Assembly: GCA_012727915.1 (NCBI GenBank)
Contig: JAAYGD010000058.1
Span: forward strand, 1 to 52,272
DNA: 52,272 bases
From: Mycoplasmatota bacterium
GTDB lineage: Bacteria > Bacillota_I > Bacilli_A > RF39 > UBA660
Reading direction: 5' to 3'
Part shown: piece after piece, positions 12,762 through 21,061 of the stretch
Layout: the number at the start of each line of letters is the position of its first letter
Position numbering within the stretch: position 1 is the stretch's first letter
Position numbers and translations under genes: made by a program
Notes under the pieces: model-generated
What the model was told of the DNA's origin: nothing
Seen by the model: the letters and a program-made list of their open reading frames with translations, nothing else
The model's database searches: none

Positions 12762-12889
12762 TTAGCCAACCTCTCATATTTGGAGTTATCCATATAATAC
12801 TAATATTATTATATCAAAAAATCAATAGAGTTTATACATATTAAATATATTTTACATAAAAATTAAGATATAATATTATTGGAGGGTAT

Positions 12890-14224
12890 ATGTTTAACAA
12901 TAAAAAAATATTTATTTTAGGAATGGCAAGAAGTGGTTATGAAGTTGCAAAATTATTATCAAGCTTAAACAATGAAATAGTAATAAATGATCAAAAAGAA
13001 GATCAAGATATTGAACACTTAAAGGAATTAAAAGATTTAAATATAAAAGTACATCTTGGTAACCATCCAGACGATTTATTTGATAATACTTTTGATGTAT
13101 TAATAAAAAATCCAGGAATAAAAGATGACCACAAATATGTAGTTAAAGCAAAAGAATACAAAATTCCAGTTATTAATGAAGTTGAAATAGCATATTTATT
13201 AATGCCTAAAGAAATATCTTTGATTGGAATTACAGGAAGTAATGGTAAAACTACAACAACTACATTGATTTATGAAATGATTAAAACTCAATATAACAAT
13301 ATTCATTTAACTGGTAATATTGGATTCCCTTTATCTGCCTTTGTAAATAATATAAAACCCAATGATATTGTTGTTATGGAAGTATCTGTACAACAATTAT
13401 TAAATTTAGAAAAATTTAAAACTAATGTATCAGTTTTGTTAAACTTATCAGAATCACACTTAGATCATGTGGGTAGTTATGAAAACTACAAGAATATTAA
13501 AAAGAAAATATTCAATAATCACACTAATAAAGATGTTTCTATATTAAATTTAGATGATAATGAAGTTTTAGAATTAACAAATGATATAAAATCAAACAAA
13601 TTATATTTTTCAAAAGACAAACCCGTAAATTGTTATATGAAAAATAATAATATATATATAAATGAAGAATTATTAATTAATATTAATGATATTAAAATAA
13701 AAGGAAATCATAATTATGGAAATATTATGGCAGCTGTATTAGTATCTAAAATATATAATATTTCTAATGATAACATAAATAAAGTTTTAAAAGAATTTAA
13801 TGGTGTTGAACATAGGATAGAATTTGTAAAAGAAATTAATGGTATAAAAATATATAATGATTCAAAATCCACTAATATTGTGGCAACAAAAACAGCACTT
13901 AAGTCATTTAATAATCCAACTATACTATTGCTTGGTGGATTAGATAGAGGTCAATCCTTTATGGAATTGAAAGATTATTTAGAGAATGTAAAAGTTGTAG
14001 TAGCGTATGGAGAAAACAAACAAAAAATATATGACGAAATGACATTATTAAATAAGAAATGTATAATTTGTAATGTTTTAGAAGAAGCAACAAATATTGC
14101 TTTTAATAATTCAAAAAATGGAGATATAATATTACTAAGTCCTGGTTCAGCTTCTTGGGATCAATTTCCTAATTTTGAAGAAAGAGGCAAAAATTTTAAA
14201 GAATATATAGGTAAATTAGTTTAA
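12890..14224 (+). CDS. murD: UDP-N-acetylmuramoylalanine--D-glutamate ligase
   Basis: Mur ligase P-loop GITGSNGKTTT and a C-terminal NDSKSTN motif. Length is 444 aa. Confidence 0.9.
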   Translation: MFNNKKIFILGMARSGYEVAKLLSSLNNEIVINDQKEDQDIEHLKELKDLNIKVHLGNHPDDLFDNTFDVLIKNPGIKDDHKYVVKAKEYKIPVINEVEIAYLLMPKEISLIGITGSNGKTTTTTLIYEMIKTQYNNIHLTGNIGFPLSAFVNNIKPNDIVVMEVSVQQLLNLEKFKTNVSVLLNLSESHLDHVGSYENYKNIKKKIFNNHTNKDVSILNLDDNEVLELTNDIKSNKLYFSKDKPVNCYMKNNNIYINEELLININDIKIKGNHNYGNIMAAVLVSKIYNISNDNINKVLKEFNGVEHRIEFVKEINGIKIYNDSKSTNIVATKTALKSFNNPTILLLGGLDRGQSFMELKDYLENVKVVVAYGENKQKIYDEMTLLNKKCIICNVLEEATNIAFNNSKNGDIILLSPGSASWDQFPNFEERGKNFKEYIGKLV

Positions 14225-14266
14225 TAATTATGATTTTTTTGATACAATGGATTAGCGAGGTGAATT

Positions 14267-16780
14267 ATGAATATATTAAGAAATATATTTGACCATGAAT
14301 ATAAAGAATTAAATAAATTTAGTAAATATGCAGATAAAATCGAAGAGTTAAGTGATAAATATTCTAAGTTATCAGATAAAAAAATAAAAGAAAAAACCTT
14401 AGAATTAAAGGAAAGATATAAAAAAGGAGAAACTTTAGAAGATTTATTACCAGAAGCTTTTGCTAATGCAAGAGAAGCTTCTTTTAGAGCTATTGGAGAA
14501 AAACCTTTTTATTGTCAATTACTTGGAGCTATTGCTATTCATTTTGGTAATATTGCGGAAATGAAAACTGGTGAAGGAAAGACTTTGACAACAGTAATGC
14601 CTGCCTATTTAAATGCTATTACTGGTAATGGAGTCCATGTAATTACAGTTAATGAATATTTAACTTCAAGAAACGCAGAGTGGATGGGAAAAATATTTGA
14701 TATGTTAGATGTATCTGTTGGAGTTAATTTAAGAGAACTTTCACCATCAGAAAAAAAAGAAGCTTATGATAAAGATATTTTATATACAACTAATAATGAG
14801 TTGGGTTTTGATTATTTAAGAGATAATATGATAGTAGAATCAAAAAATAGAGTTCAAAGAGGATTAAATTACGCAATATTAGATGAGGTTGACTCTATGT
14901 TAATAGATGAAGCTAGAACACCATTAATAATATCTGGTGGCGCTATGAAATCTATGAATTTATATGTTTCTACAGATATGTTTGTTAAAACATTAAATAA
15001 AGAAAAAGATTATACTATTGAAGAAAAAACAAATAGTATAGTTTTAACTGATGAAGGTAACGAAAAGGCTTCTAAATATTTTAAAATAGATAATATTTAT
15101 GATATTGAAAATTCTGGATTAATACATCATATAAATCAAGCTTTAAGAGCAAATTATATGATGCAAAGAGATGTTGATTATGTAGTAGATAACAACGAAA
15201 TAGTAATAGTAGATCAATTTACAGGAAGATTAATGAAGGGAAGAGCATATAGTGAAGGGTTACATCAAGCTATAGAAGCAAAAGAAGGAGTTAAAGTTCA
15301 AGACGAAACTAAAACTTTAGCAACTATTACTTTTCAAAATTTATTTAGAATGTATAAAAAATTGTCTGGTATGACTGGTACCGCAAAAACGGAAGAAGAA
15401 GAATTTAGAAACATTTATAATATGTATGTAATACAAATTCCTACTAATAAACCTATTATTAGGGAAGATTTAGCGGATTTATTATATTCAACTAAACAAG
15501 CTAAGTTTAATGCAATAGTAAATGAAGTTGAAAGAAGACACAAAGAAGGACAACCTATATTAGTGGGTACTATAGCAATAGAAACAAGTGAATTAGTAAG
15601 TACATTATTAAACAGAAGAAGTATTAAACACGAGGTATTAAATGCTAAGAATCATGGTAGAGAAGCTGAAATAATAGCGAAAGCTGGAGAAAAAGGTTCT
15701 GTTACAATAGCGACTAATATGGCTGGTCGTGGTACTGATATTAAACTTGGAAAAGGTGTAGTTGATCTTGGAGGATTATGTGTTATAGGTACAGAAAGAC
15801 ATGAAGCAAGAAGAATCGATAATCAATTAAGAGGTCGTTCTGGTAGACAAGGAGATCCTGGAGTTACACAATTCTTTATATCATTAGAAGATGATATAAT
15901 GCTTAAGTTCGGAACTGATAGATTAAAAACAACATTACAAACTATGGGATTAGATGGAGATGCAGCAATAAGAAGTAAAATGTTTTCTAGAGCGGTTGAA
16001 TCAGCTCAAAAAAGAGTAGAAGGAAATAACTTTGATACTCGTAAACAACTTCTTCAATATGATAATGTAATGAATGAACATAGAGAAATAATCTATACAA
16101 TGAGAAACGAAATAATTGATTCTGAATCAATTAGAGATAAAGTAATTGATATATTTAATACCTTTGTTAATAGTACGGTTGAAAATTATATTAATACTGC
16201 TGAAAATTATAAACCTGAAGATAATGAAGAGAAGATTGATAATTATCAAGAATTAACTAATCATCTTAACAAAAATATATTAAGAAATAATATTATAAAT
16301 ACTTCTGATATAAAAAATAAAGATATAGAAAAGGTAAAAGAAATAATATTAGAAAAGTTCACTAAATTTTATGAGAATAAAGTTAAAGAAATGCCTATTG
16401 AAATAACAAATGAATTTGAAAAAGCAATAGCTTTAAGAGTAGTTGATTCAAGATGGATGGATCATATTAACGATATGGAACATTTAAAAGAAGGAATAGG
16501 TCTAAGAGGATACGCTAATGAAAACCCTTTACAAGCATATATAAAAGAAGGTTATGAAACTTTCGATGTTATGATTGATAAAATTAATAAAGAAACTTGT
16601 TTATATTTATTAAGCGCAGAAATAAGAAGAAATGTAGAAAGGGAACAAGTAGCAAAACCTATTGCTGATAATAGTGGAGAAGCAAAATCAGCTCCAATAA
16701 AAAAGAAAGAAAAAATAGGAAGAAATGATCCTTGTCCATGTGGAAGTGGGAAAAAATATAAACAGTGTTGTGGTAAATAG
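14267..16780 (+). CDS. secA: preprotein translocase ATPase SecA
   Basis: 837 aa. Motifs MKTGEGKTL, DEVDS and TNMAGRGTDI are present, with a C-terminal SEC-C zinc motif CPCGSGKKYKQCCGK. Confidence 0.97.
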   Translation: MNILRNIFDHEYKELNKFSKYADKIEELSDKYSKLSDKKIKEKTLELKERYKKGETLEDLLPEAFANAREASFRAIGEKPFYCQLLGAIAIHFGNIAEMKTGEGKTLTTVMPAYLNAITGNGVHVITVNEYLTSRNAEWMGKIFDMLDVSVGVNLRELSPSEKKEAYDKDILYTTNNELGFDYLRDNMIVESKNRVQRGLNYAILDEVDSMLIDEARTPLIISGGAMKSMNLYVSTDMFVKTLNKEKDYTIEEKTNSIVLTDEGNEKASKYFKIDNIYDIENSGLIHHINQALRANYMMQRDVDYVVDNNEIVIVDQFTGRLMKGRAYSEGLHQAIEAKEGVKVQDETKTLATITFQNLFRMYKKLSGMTGTAKTEEEEFRNIYNMYVIQIPTNKPIIREDLADLLYSTKQAKFNAIVNEVERRHKEGQPILVGTIAIETSELVSTLLNRRSIKHEVLNAKNHGREAEIIAKAGEKGSVTIATNMAGRGTDIKLGKGVVDLGGLCVIGTERHEARRIDNQLRGRSGRQGDPGVTQFFISLEDDIMLKFGTDRLKTTLQTMGLDGDAAIRSKMFSRAVESAQKRVEGNNFDTRKQLLQYDNVMNEHREIIYTMRNEIIDSESIRDKVIDIFNTFVNSTVENYINTAENYKPEDNEEKIDNYQELTNHLNKNILRNNIINTSDIKNKDIEKVKEIILEKFTKFYENKVKEMPIEITNEFEKAIALRVVDSRWMDHINDMEHLKEGIGLRGYANENPLQAYIKEGYETFDVMIDKINKETCLYLLSAEIRRNVEREQVAKPIADNSGEAKSAPIKKKEKIGRNDPCPCGSGKKYKQCCGK

Positions 16781-16797
16781 CCCATAAAATAAGGGTT
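16736..16797 (+). repeat. att-like copy 1: functional secA tail plus CATAAAATAAGGG
   Basis: The 45-nt SEC-C tail recurs at 20802-20846 and 22415-22459. The post-stop block is shared with copy 3. Confidence 0.7.
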
Positions 16798-16840
16798 TGT
16801 GAGGTTTTGAAATTTAAAAAAATACTCAAAAATAGCCAAA

Positions 16841-16929
16841 ATGTTTGTAAATTGTTTGTAAAAAATACAAATTGTTTGTAAAAAATGGCTCAAACCTAGG
16901 TAAATAAAGGGGAAAATACTTACAAACAA
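16841..16929 (+). repeat. cluster of TTGTTTGTAA repeats (3 direct, 1 inverted), putative integrase arm-type sites
   Basis: Sites at 16841-16850, 16852-16861 and 16872-16881, plus an inverted TTACAAACAA at 16920-16929. An 18-bp unit AAATTGTTTGTAAAAAAT occurs at 16849-16866 and 16869-16886. Confidence 0.6.
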
Positions 16930-16944
16930 ATATATAAACATTAA

Positions 16945-16972
16945 AGATAGCATTCAGTTGCTATCTTTTTTC
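16945..16972 (+). terminator. rho-independent terminator between secA and the integrase gene
   Basis: Stem AGATAGC / GCTATCT with an 8-nt loop, followed by a T-run. Confidence 0.6.
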
Positions 16973-17006
16973 TTCGTTTTAAATGGATGTAAGGGAGGAA
17001 AAAACG

Positions 17007-18278
17007 ATGGGAAATGTTTATGTTCAAAAAAGGGGTAGTGTTTTTCAATATCAATTCCAAATTGCTTCAGTAGATGGAAAAAGGAAGTATAAAAATAAAA
17101 GTGGTTTTTTGACTAGGAATGAAGCATTTAAGGAAGGCGTAAAAGCTTATACTGAATATATGAATACTGGTCATGATTTTACTCCAAATGAAATATCTTA
17201 TAGTGATTATTTAGATTATTGGTTAGATAATTATTGTAAGACTAATTTAAGATATAGAACTGTACAGACATATACAACTCTTATTAATAAATATATAAAA
17301 CCTAAAATAGGGATGTATAGATTATCTACTATAACAAGTGTAAGGTTAAATATGTTTATTACTGATTTAATAAAGGAATATGATTTTTCTAGAGCATATT
17401 TTAAAAATATATTAAAAGTTATTAAAGGTTCTTTTAGAGAAGCTTGTGATGTATATGGATTAATTAAGTATAATCCAACACTTACATTAAGACTTCCTAA
17501 AATGGATATTGAAAAAGAGGAGGTAAAACATTTATATTCCTTAGATGAAATAACTAAGATATTAAATAGATTTAAAGGGCAAGATGCTTTTACTTGCTCT
17601 TTTTTAACATCTTGCTTTACTGGTATGAGAACTGGTGAAGTATTTGCTTTAACTTGGGATGATATTGATTTAGAAAATAGGATAATACATATTAAACATA
17701 GTATTTATAATAAACCTAAAGATGAAAAAGGTAGATGGTATATAGGACCAACTAAAACTATATCTGGTACAAGAGATGTTTATATAAGTGCAACACTTTT
17801 TATAGCTTTAAGTAATTTTAAGAGAAAACAAGATTATTTAAAAAAGATATATGGAAAAAAATACATTTATTATCATACTGAAGAAGTTAGAAATAGTTAT
17901 GGTAAAGTAATAGAAACTAGAATTATTGAGAATAAAAAGGGATTTAAGTATGATAGTAATATTAATTTAATATTTACTAAAGATAATGGCAAATATACTG
18001 GTACTGATTTAATTCGTTATCCTTTTAAAATTATTAGAGAAGAACTGGGATTTAATAATTGTAGATTCTATGATCTAAGAGGTAGTTATGCTACTAAGAT
18101 ATTGAATAATGGAATTGAAAGACGAGAGGTCGCTGATATATTAGGTCATAGAGATGTATCAACTACTGAGAATTATTATATATCTAGTACAAGTGATACT
18201 AGAAAAAATGCAACAGAAGTATTTGATAATTTAATGAAGTCTGATGTAATAGATGAGATAGTGGAATATAAGTTTTAA
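17007..18278 (+). CDS. tyrosine-type site-specific integrase with an N-terminal arm-binding domain
   Basis: Catalytic pattern seen: GMRTGE (Arg), YDLRGSYAT (xxR), LGHRDVSTTENYY (His...Tyr). The N-terminus (VYVQKRGSVFQYQF...) resembles Tn916-type arm-binding domains. ATG 17007 follows an AGGGAGG site; the track start 16983 is 8 codons upstream. Confidence 0.9.
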   Translation: MGNVYVQKRGSVFQYQFQIASVDGKRKYKNKSGFLTRNEAFKEGVKAYTEYMNTGHDFTPNEISYSDYLDYWLDNYCKTNLRYRTVQTYTTLINKYIKPKIGMYRLSTITSVRLNMFITDLIKEYDFSRAYFKNILKVIKGSFREACDVYGLIKYNPTLTLRLPKMDIEKEEVKHLYSLDEITKILNRFKGQDAFTCSFLTSCFTGMRTGEVFALTWDDIDLENRIIHIKHSIYNKPKDEKGRWYIGPTKTISGTRDVYISATLFIALSNFKRKQDYLKKIYGKKYIYYHTEEVRNSYGKVIETRIIENKKGFKYDSNINLIFTKDNGKYTGTDLIRYPFKIIREELGFNNCRFYDLRGSYATKILNNGIERREVADILGHRDVSTTENYYISSTSDTRKNATEVFDNLMKSDVIDEIVEYKF

Positions 18279-18300
18279 TTTCACTATCTTTTCTTTTTTT
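18257..18300 (+). terminator. hairpin plus T-run overlapping the integrase stop
   Basis: Stem GATAGTG / CACTATC with an 18-nt loop, then TTTTCTTTTTTT. Confidence 0.5.
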
Positions 18301-18544
18301 TAAGTTATTACGCTCATTTGCGTTTTTAACAAAATTAAACTAAATACCAATACCGCAATCGACTTTTATGGTTGTTTTGTTCAAAAAAATCTTATAAATT
18401 AAAATAATGATATAGTCCTACTAGCCAAAAATATGTATACATACAAAAAATCAATAGAAATATTAAAAAAATTGTTCTCATTAAAATTAATGAAGATATA
18501 TTATGAAAGTGTGTTATAATTATTATAGAAATAAGGTGATAGTT

Positions 18545-18862
18545 ATGAAGAAAGCTATAATTATTATTTTAGTAATAATTGTTACGTTATTTTTATTATT
18601 TATAGTAGAAGAATGTATAAGATTAAAAAATAATGTTGATGCTAGTCCGCTATTTGTTATAAGTAAATCTAAATGTAGTAAAATTGATTGGATTTGTTAT
18701 GATGAGGAAGGGAAATATACTGAAGTATATTGGAGTTTTGGATTCGTTTTAAAAGAAGAATATTCTTTAAATATTGAATCTACTGAAGCATTAATAAAAT
18801 ATAATTTAGATAAAAAAGAGTTTTTGCTATTCAATAGTATTAAATTATGGAATTTGGAATAA
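18545..18862 (+). CDS. small membrane-anchored hypothetical protein (105 aa)
   Basis: ATG 18545 follows AAGGTGA. There is an N-terminal hydrophobic helix (KKAIIIILVIIVTLFLLFIV). I recognise no family. Confidence 0.6.
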   Translation: MKKAIIIILVIIVTLFLLFIVEECIRLKNNVDASPLFVISKSKCSKIDWICYDEEGKYTEVYWSFGFVLKEEYSLNIESTEALIKYNLDKKEFLLFNSIKLWNLE

Positions 18863-18926
18863 GGATAATGTAGAAGAATGGTTAACTGAAATACAAGTAC
18901 CTATTAAATAGAAAGAGAGTGAAAAT

Positions 18927-19400
18927 ATGGCTAACGAAGATAAAAAAGACTTTAATGCTAAAATGAACAATAGTAAAGATATGCCTAAAATAGTTGAATT
19001 AGATAATGAAGCATCAAAAAAATGGGGAGGAAAGACAATGGTTATTGCTCCCCCAATTGATTATGATGAATTAATGAAAAAGGTACCAAAAGGTAAACTT
19101 ATAACTATTGATGCATTAAGAAAAGCAATGGCAAAAAAATATAAAACTGATATTACTTGTCCACTAACTTGTGGAATCTTTGTAAATATTTGTGCATGGG
19201 CTAGTTATCAAAGAGATAAAAATATTACACCATATTGGAGAACATTAAAATCAGATGGGGAATTAAATGTTAAATATCCAGAAGCAATAGAACTACAAAA
19301 AAGATTACTTGAAGAAGAAGGACATACAATTATTTCAAAAGGTACAAAGAATATAAAATACTATGTTAAAGATTTTGAAAAAAGTTTGATAGAACTATAA
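18927..19400 (+). CDS. MGMT-family DNA-binding protein, alkyltransferase-like (no acceptor Cys)
   Basis: VPKGKLITIDALRKAMAKKY ... TPYWRTLKSDGELN ... LLEEEGH matches the layout of the O6-alkylguanine transferase DNA-binding domain. The PCHR active site is replaced by PYWR. Confidence 0.65.
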   Translation: MANEDKKDFNAKMNNSKDMPKIVELDNEASKKWGGKTMVIAPPIDYDELMKKVPKGKLITIDALRKAMAKKYKTDITCPLTCGIFVNICAWASYQRDKNITPYWRTLKSDGELNVKYPEAIELQKRLLEEEGHTIISKGTKNIKYYVKDFEKSLIEL

Positions 19401-19441
19401 ATTATAATTTATTGAAATAATTGCACTATTAAGATATATAG

Positions 19442-19462
19442 AACGGATGAGAATCCGTTTTT
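19442..19462 (+). terminator. rho-independent terminator after the alkyltransferase-like (ATL-like) gene
   Basis: Stem AACGGA / TCCGTT with loop TGAGAA and a T-run. An extended -10 (TGCTATAAT, 19466-19474) follows directly. Confidence 0.6.
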
Positions 19463-19524
19463 GTATGCTATAATAATAAGTGAAAGACAAACAGTAACTT
19501 CTTGTTTAGAATGGAGATAGTGTT

Positions 19525-20238
19525 ATGGCAATGTGGAATCCTTGGAGAGGTTGTAAAAAATGTAGTGATGGTTGCTTACATTGCTATATTTACAAAGGTG
19601 ATTTGAAAAGAAATGTTAATACGAATGAAATAGTAAAGACAAAAGATTTTGAAAAACCTATAGAAAAGTTAAAAAATGGAAGATATAAGATGAAATCTGG
19701 AATAGTTTATCTATGTTTTTCTACTGACTTTTTAATTGATGAAGCAGATGAATGGCGTTCTCTTTGTTGGAATATGATAAGAGAAAGGCAAGACTGTACA
19801 TTTCTATTTTTAACGAAAAGAATTGATAGATTTATGAGTTGTATCCCTTATGATTGGGAAGATGGTTACGATAATGTAGTTGTATGCTGTACTATTGAAA
19901 ATCAAAAAAATGCAGATTATAAATTGTCTATATTTAAAGATTTACCAATAAAGCATAAATGTATCACAGCACAACCGTTACTTGAAAAAATTGATATTGA
20001 AAAATATCTTGATGATATAGTACTTGTGGTAGTTGGCGGTGAATCCGATATAAATGCTAGACCATTTAATTATGATTGGGCTTTAAGTATCAGAGAACAA
20101 TGTATAAGAAAAAATGTTAATTTTGAATTTAGACAATGTGGAACTTATACTATAAAAGATGGAAAACAATATAAAATTCAAACAAAAGATTTGTGTAAGC
20201 AAGCAAAACTAGCAAATATCAATTATAAAAAGAAGTAA
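19525..20238 (+). CDS. DUF5131 (phage Gp37/Gp68) family protein
   Basis: The N-terminus MWNPWRGCKKCSDGCLHCY matches the family hallmark WNP..GC...S.GC..CY. Length is 237 aa. It contains C13-x3-C17-x2-C20. Confidence 0.7.
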   Translation: MAMWNPWRGCKKCSDGCLHCYIYKGDLKRNVNTNEIVKTKDFEKPIEKLKNGRYKMKSGIVYLCFSTDFLIDEADEWRSLCWNMIRERQDCTFLFLTKRIDRFMSCIPYDWEDGYDNVVVCCTIENQKNADYKLSIFKDLPIKHKCITAQPLLEKIDIEKYLDDIVLVVVGGESDINARPFNYDWALSIREQCIRKNVNFEFRQCGTYTIKDGKQYKIQTKDLCKQAKLANINYKKK

Positions 20239-20276
20239 TATAAATTATAAAATTTTAGTGAACTTGAGGTGAAAAA

Positions 20277-20492
20277 ATGAGTAAGTATGAACCATTATGG
20301 AAATATATAAAAGAAAATAATAAAGATGAATATAAATTATCTTTTGAAGAAGTTAAGAAAATAGTAGGATTTGAATTTGAGCATGCATTTTTAACTTATA
20401 AAAAAGAATTAATCGATTATGGATATGAATTTAAAAAATTATCCTTAAAAGAAAAATGGATTTGTATAGTAAAAAAACAATCGGAAGATTAA
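20277..20492 (+). CDS. hypothetical 71-aa protein
   Basis: A GAGGTGA ribosome-binding site is present. The N-terminal pattern KYEPLWKYI......KLSFEEVKKIVGF recurs in small proteins of accessory islands. This is from memory and I cannot name a family. Confidence 0.55.
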   Translation: MSKYEPLWKYIKENNKDEYKLSFEEVKKIVGFEFEHAFLTYKKELIDYGYEFKKLSLKEKWICIVKKQSED

Positions 20493-20507
20493 GATATTCT
20501 GATTAAT

Positions 20508-20533
20508 GAGAGGATAGAAATATTCTCTTTTTC
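20508..20533 (+). terminator. hairpin plus T-run after the 71-aa ORF
   Basis: Stem GAGAGGATA / TATTCTCT (one G-U pair) with loop GAAA, then TTTTCTTTTC. Confidence 0.45.
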
Positions 20534-20642
20534 TTTTCTTTCCTTGTCCTTTTTCTTGTTTTATAGTATAATTTACTTAGTTATGAAAGAAAGAACATCT
20601 TTTATAACCTAGAAAAATCGTTGTTTAAAATTTAAAACGAAT

Positions 20643-20670
20643 GCAAACAATGTTTGTAATTTGTTTGTAA
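20643..20670 (+). repeat. second cluster of TTGTTTGTAA-type repeats at the right end of element 1
   Basis: GCAAACAA (inverted-like), TGTTTGTAA (20651-20659) and TTGTTTGTAA (20661-20670). A further TACAAACA lies at 20735-20742. Confidence 0.55.
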
Positions 20671-20801
20671 ACTGTGAAATATTGATAGTAACATAAATAC
20701 TATAAATAACATATATACCGAATGTTACTTGACCTACAAACACTTGAAATAACAATAATAACATAAATACTATATGTACTATATATACTAAAAGTGTATG
20801 A

Positions 20802-20846
20802 GCATGTGGCTCAGGTAAAAAATATAAGAATTGTTGCGGTAAATAA
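20802..20846 (+). repeat. att-like copy 2: orphan SEC-C tail (CGSGKKYKNCCGK*)
   Basis: Reads in the SEC-C frame to TAA. It is preceded by an in-frame TGA, so it is not part of a gene. Confidence 0.7.
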
Positions 20847-20851
20847 TGCTA

Positions 20852-20887
20852 AAAACCCTCGTAAATCCTTATTTTACAAGGGTTTTT
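20852..20887 (+). terminator. rho-independent terminator after SEC-C copy 2
   Basis: AAAACCCT-c-GTAAA ... TTTAC-a-AGGGTTTT composite stem followed by a T-run. Confidence 0.6.
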
Positions 20888-20930
20888 ATAATTCAACATT
20901 TTGAGTAATTTTTATCAAAAAAAGGTGTTT

Positions 20931-20963
20931 AGATAAGTTTTAGATAAGTTTTAGATAAGTTTT
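20931..20963 (+). repeat. 11-bp tandem repeat AGATAAGTTTT x3
   Basis: Units read directly at 20931-20941, 20942-20952 and 20953-20963. Confidence 0.9.
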
Positions 20964-21061
20964 TTTCTTGATTTTTAACAATTTTAGTCTTTATAAAATA
21001 AATAATGTTATAAGCAGTTAGAATACTAAAATTGTGATATAATATAAATGTAGGAGGACTT

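Larger units (their letters stand above)
16736..20846 (+). mobile_element. integrative element 1 (about 4.1 kb, integrase-positive) inserted in the secA 3' end
   Basis: Bounded by SEC-C tail copies 1 and 2. The integrase gene is adjacent to copy 1. TTGTTTGTAA arm-type repeats lie at both ends. No replication, capsid or conjugation genes are present. Confidence 0.7.

Noticed and set aside
16552-16953. A 133-aa minus-strand ORF spanning the secA end and the att/arm-repeat region.
   Set aside because: It is antisense to the secA zinc-finger tail and runs through the repeat cluster and a terminator. It has no ribosome-binding site, so it is most likely an artefact.
16781-16982. A tRNA or tmRNA gene as the integration target.
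   Set aside because: I found no cloverleaf-compatible sequence or GTTCGAATC-type T-arm at either border. The repeated border sequence is the secA coding tail.
20931-20963. A possible CRISPR array or other spacer-repeat structure.
   Set aside because: There are only three contiguous 11-bp units with no spacers, and there are no cas genes. I interpret it as a protein-binding repeat of an element remnant.
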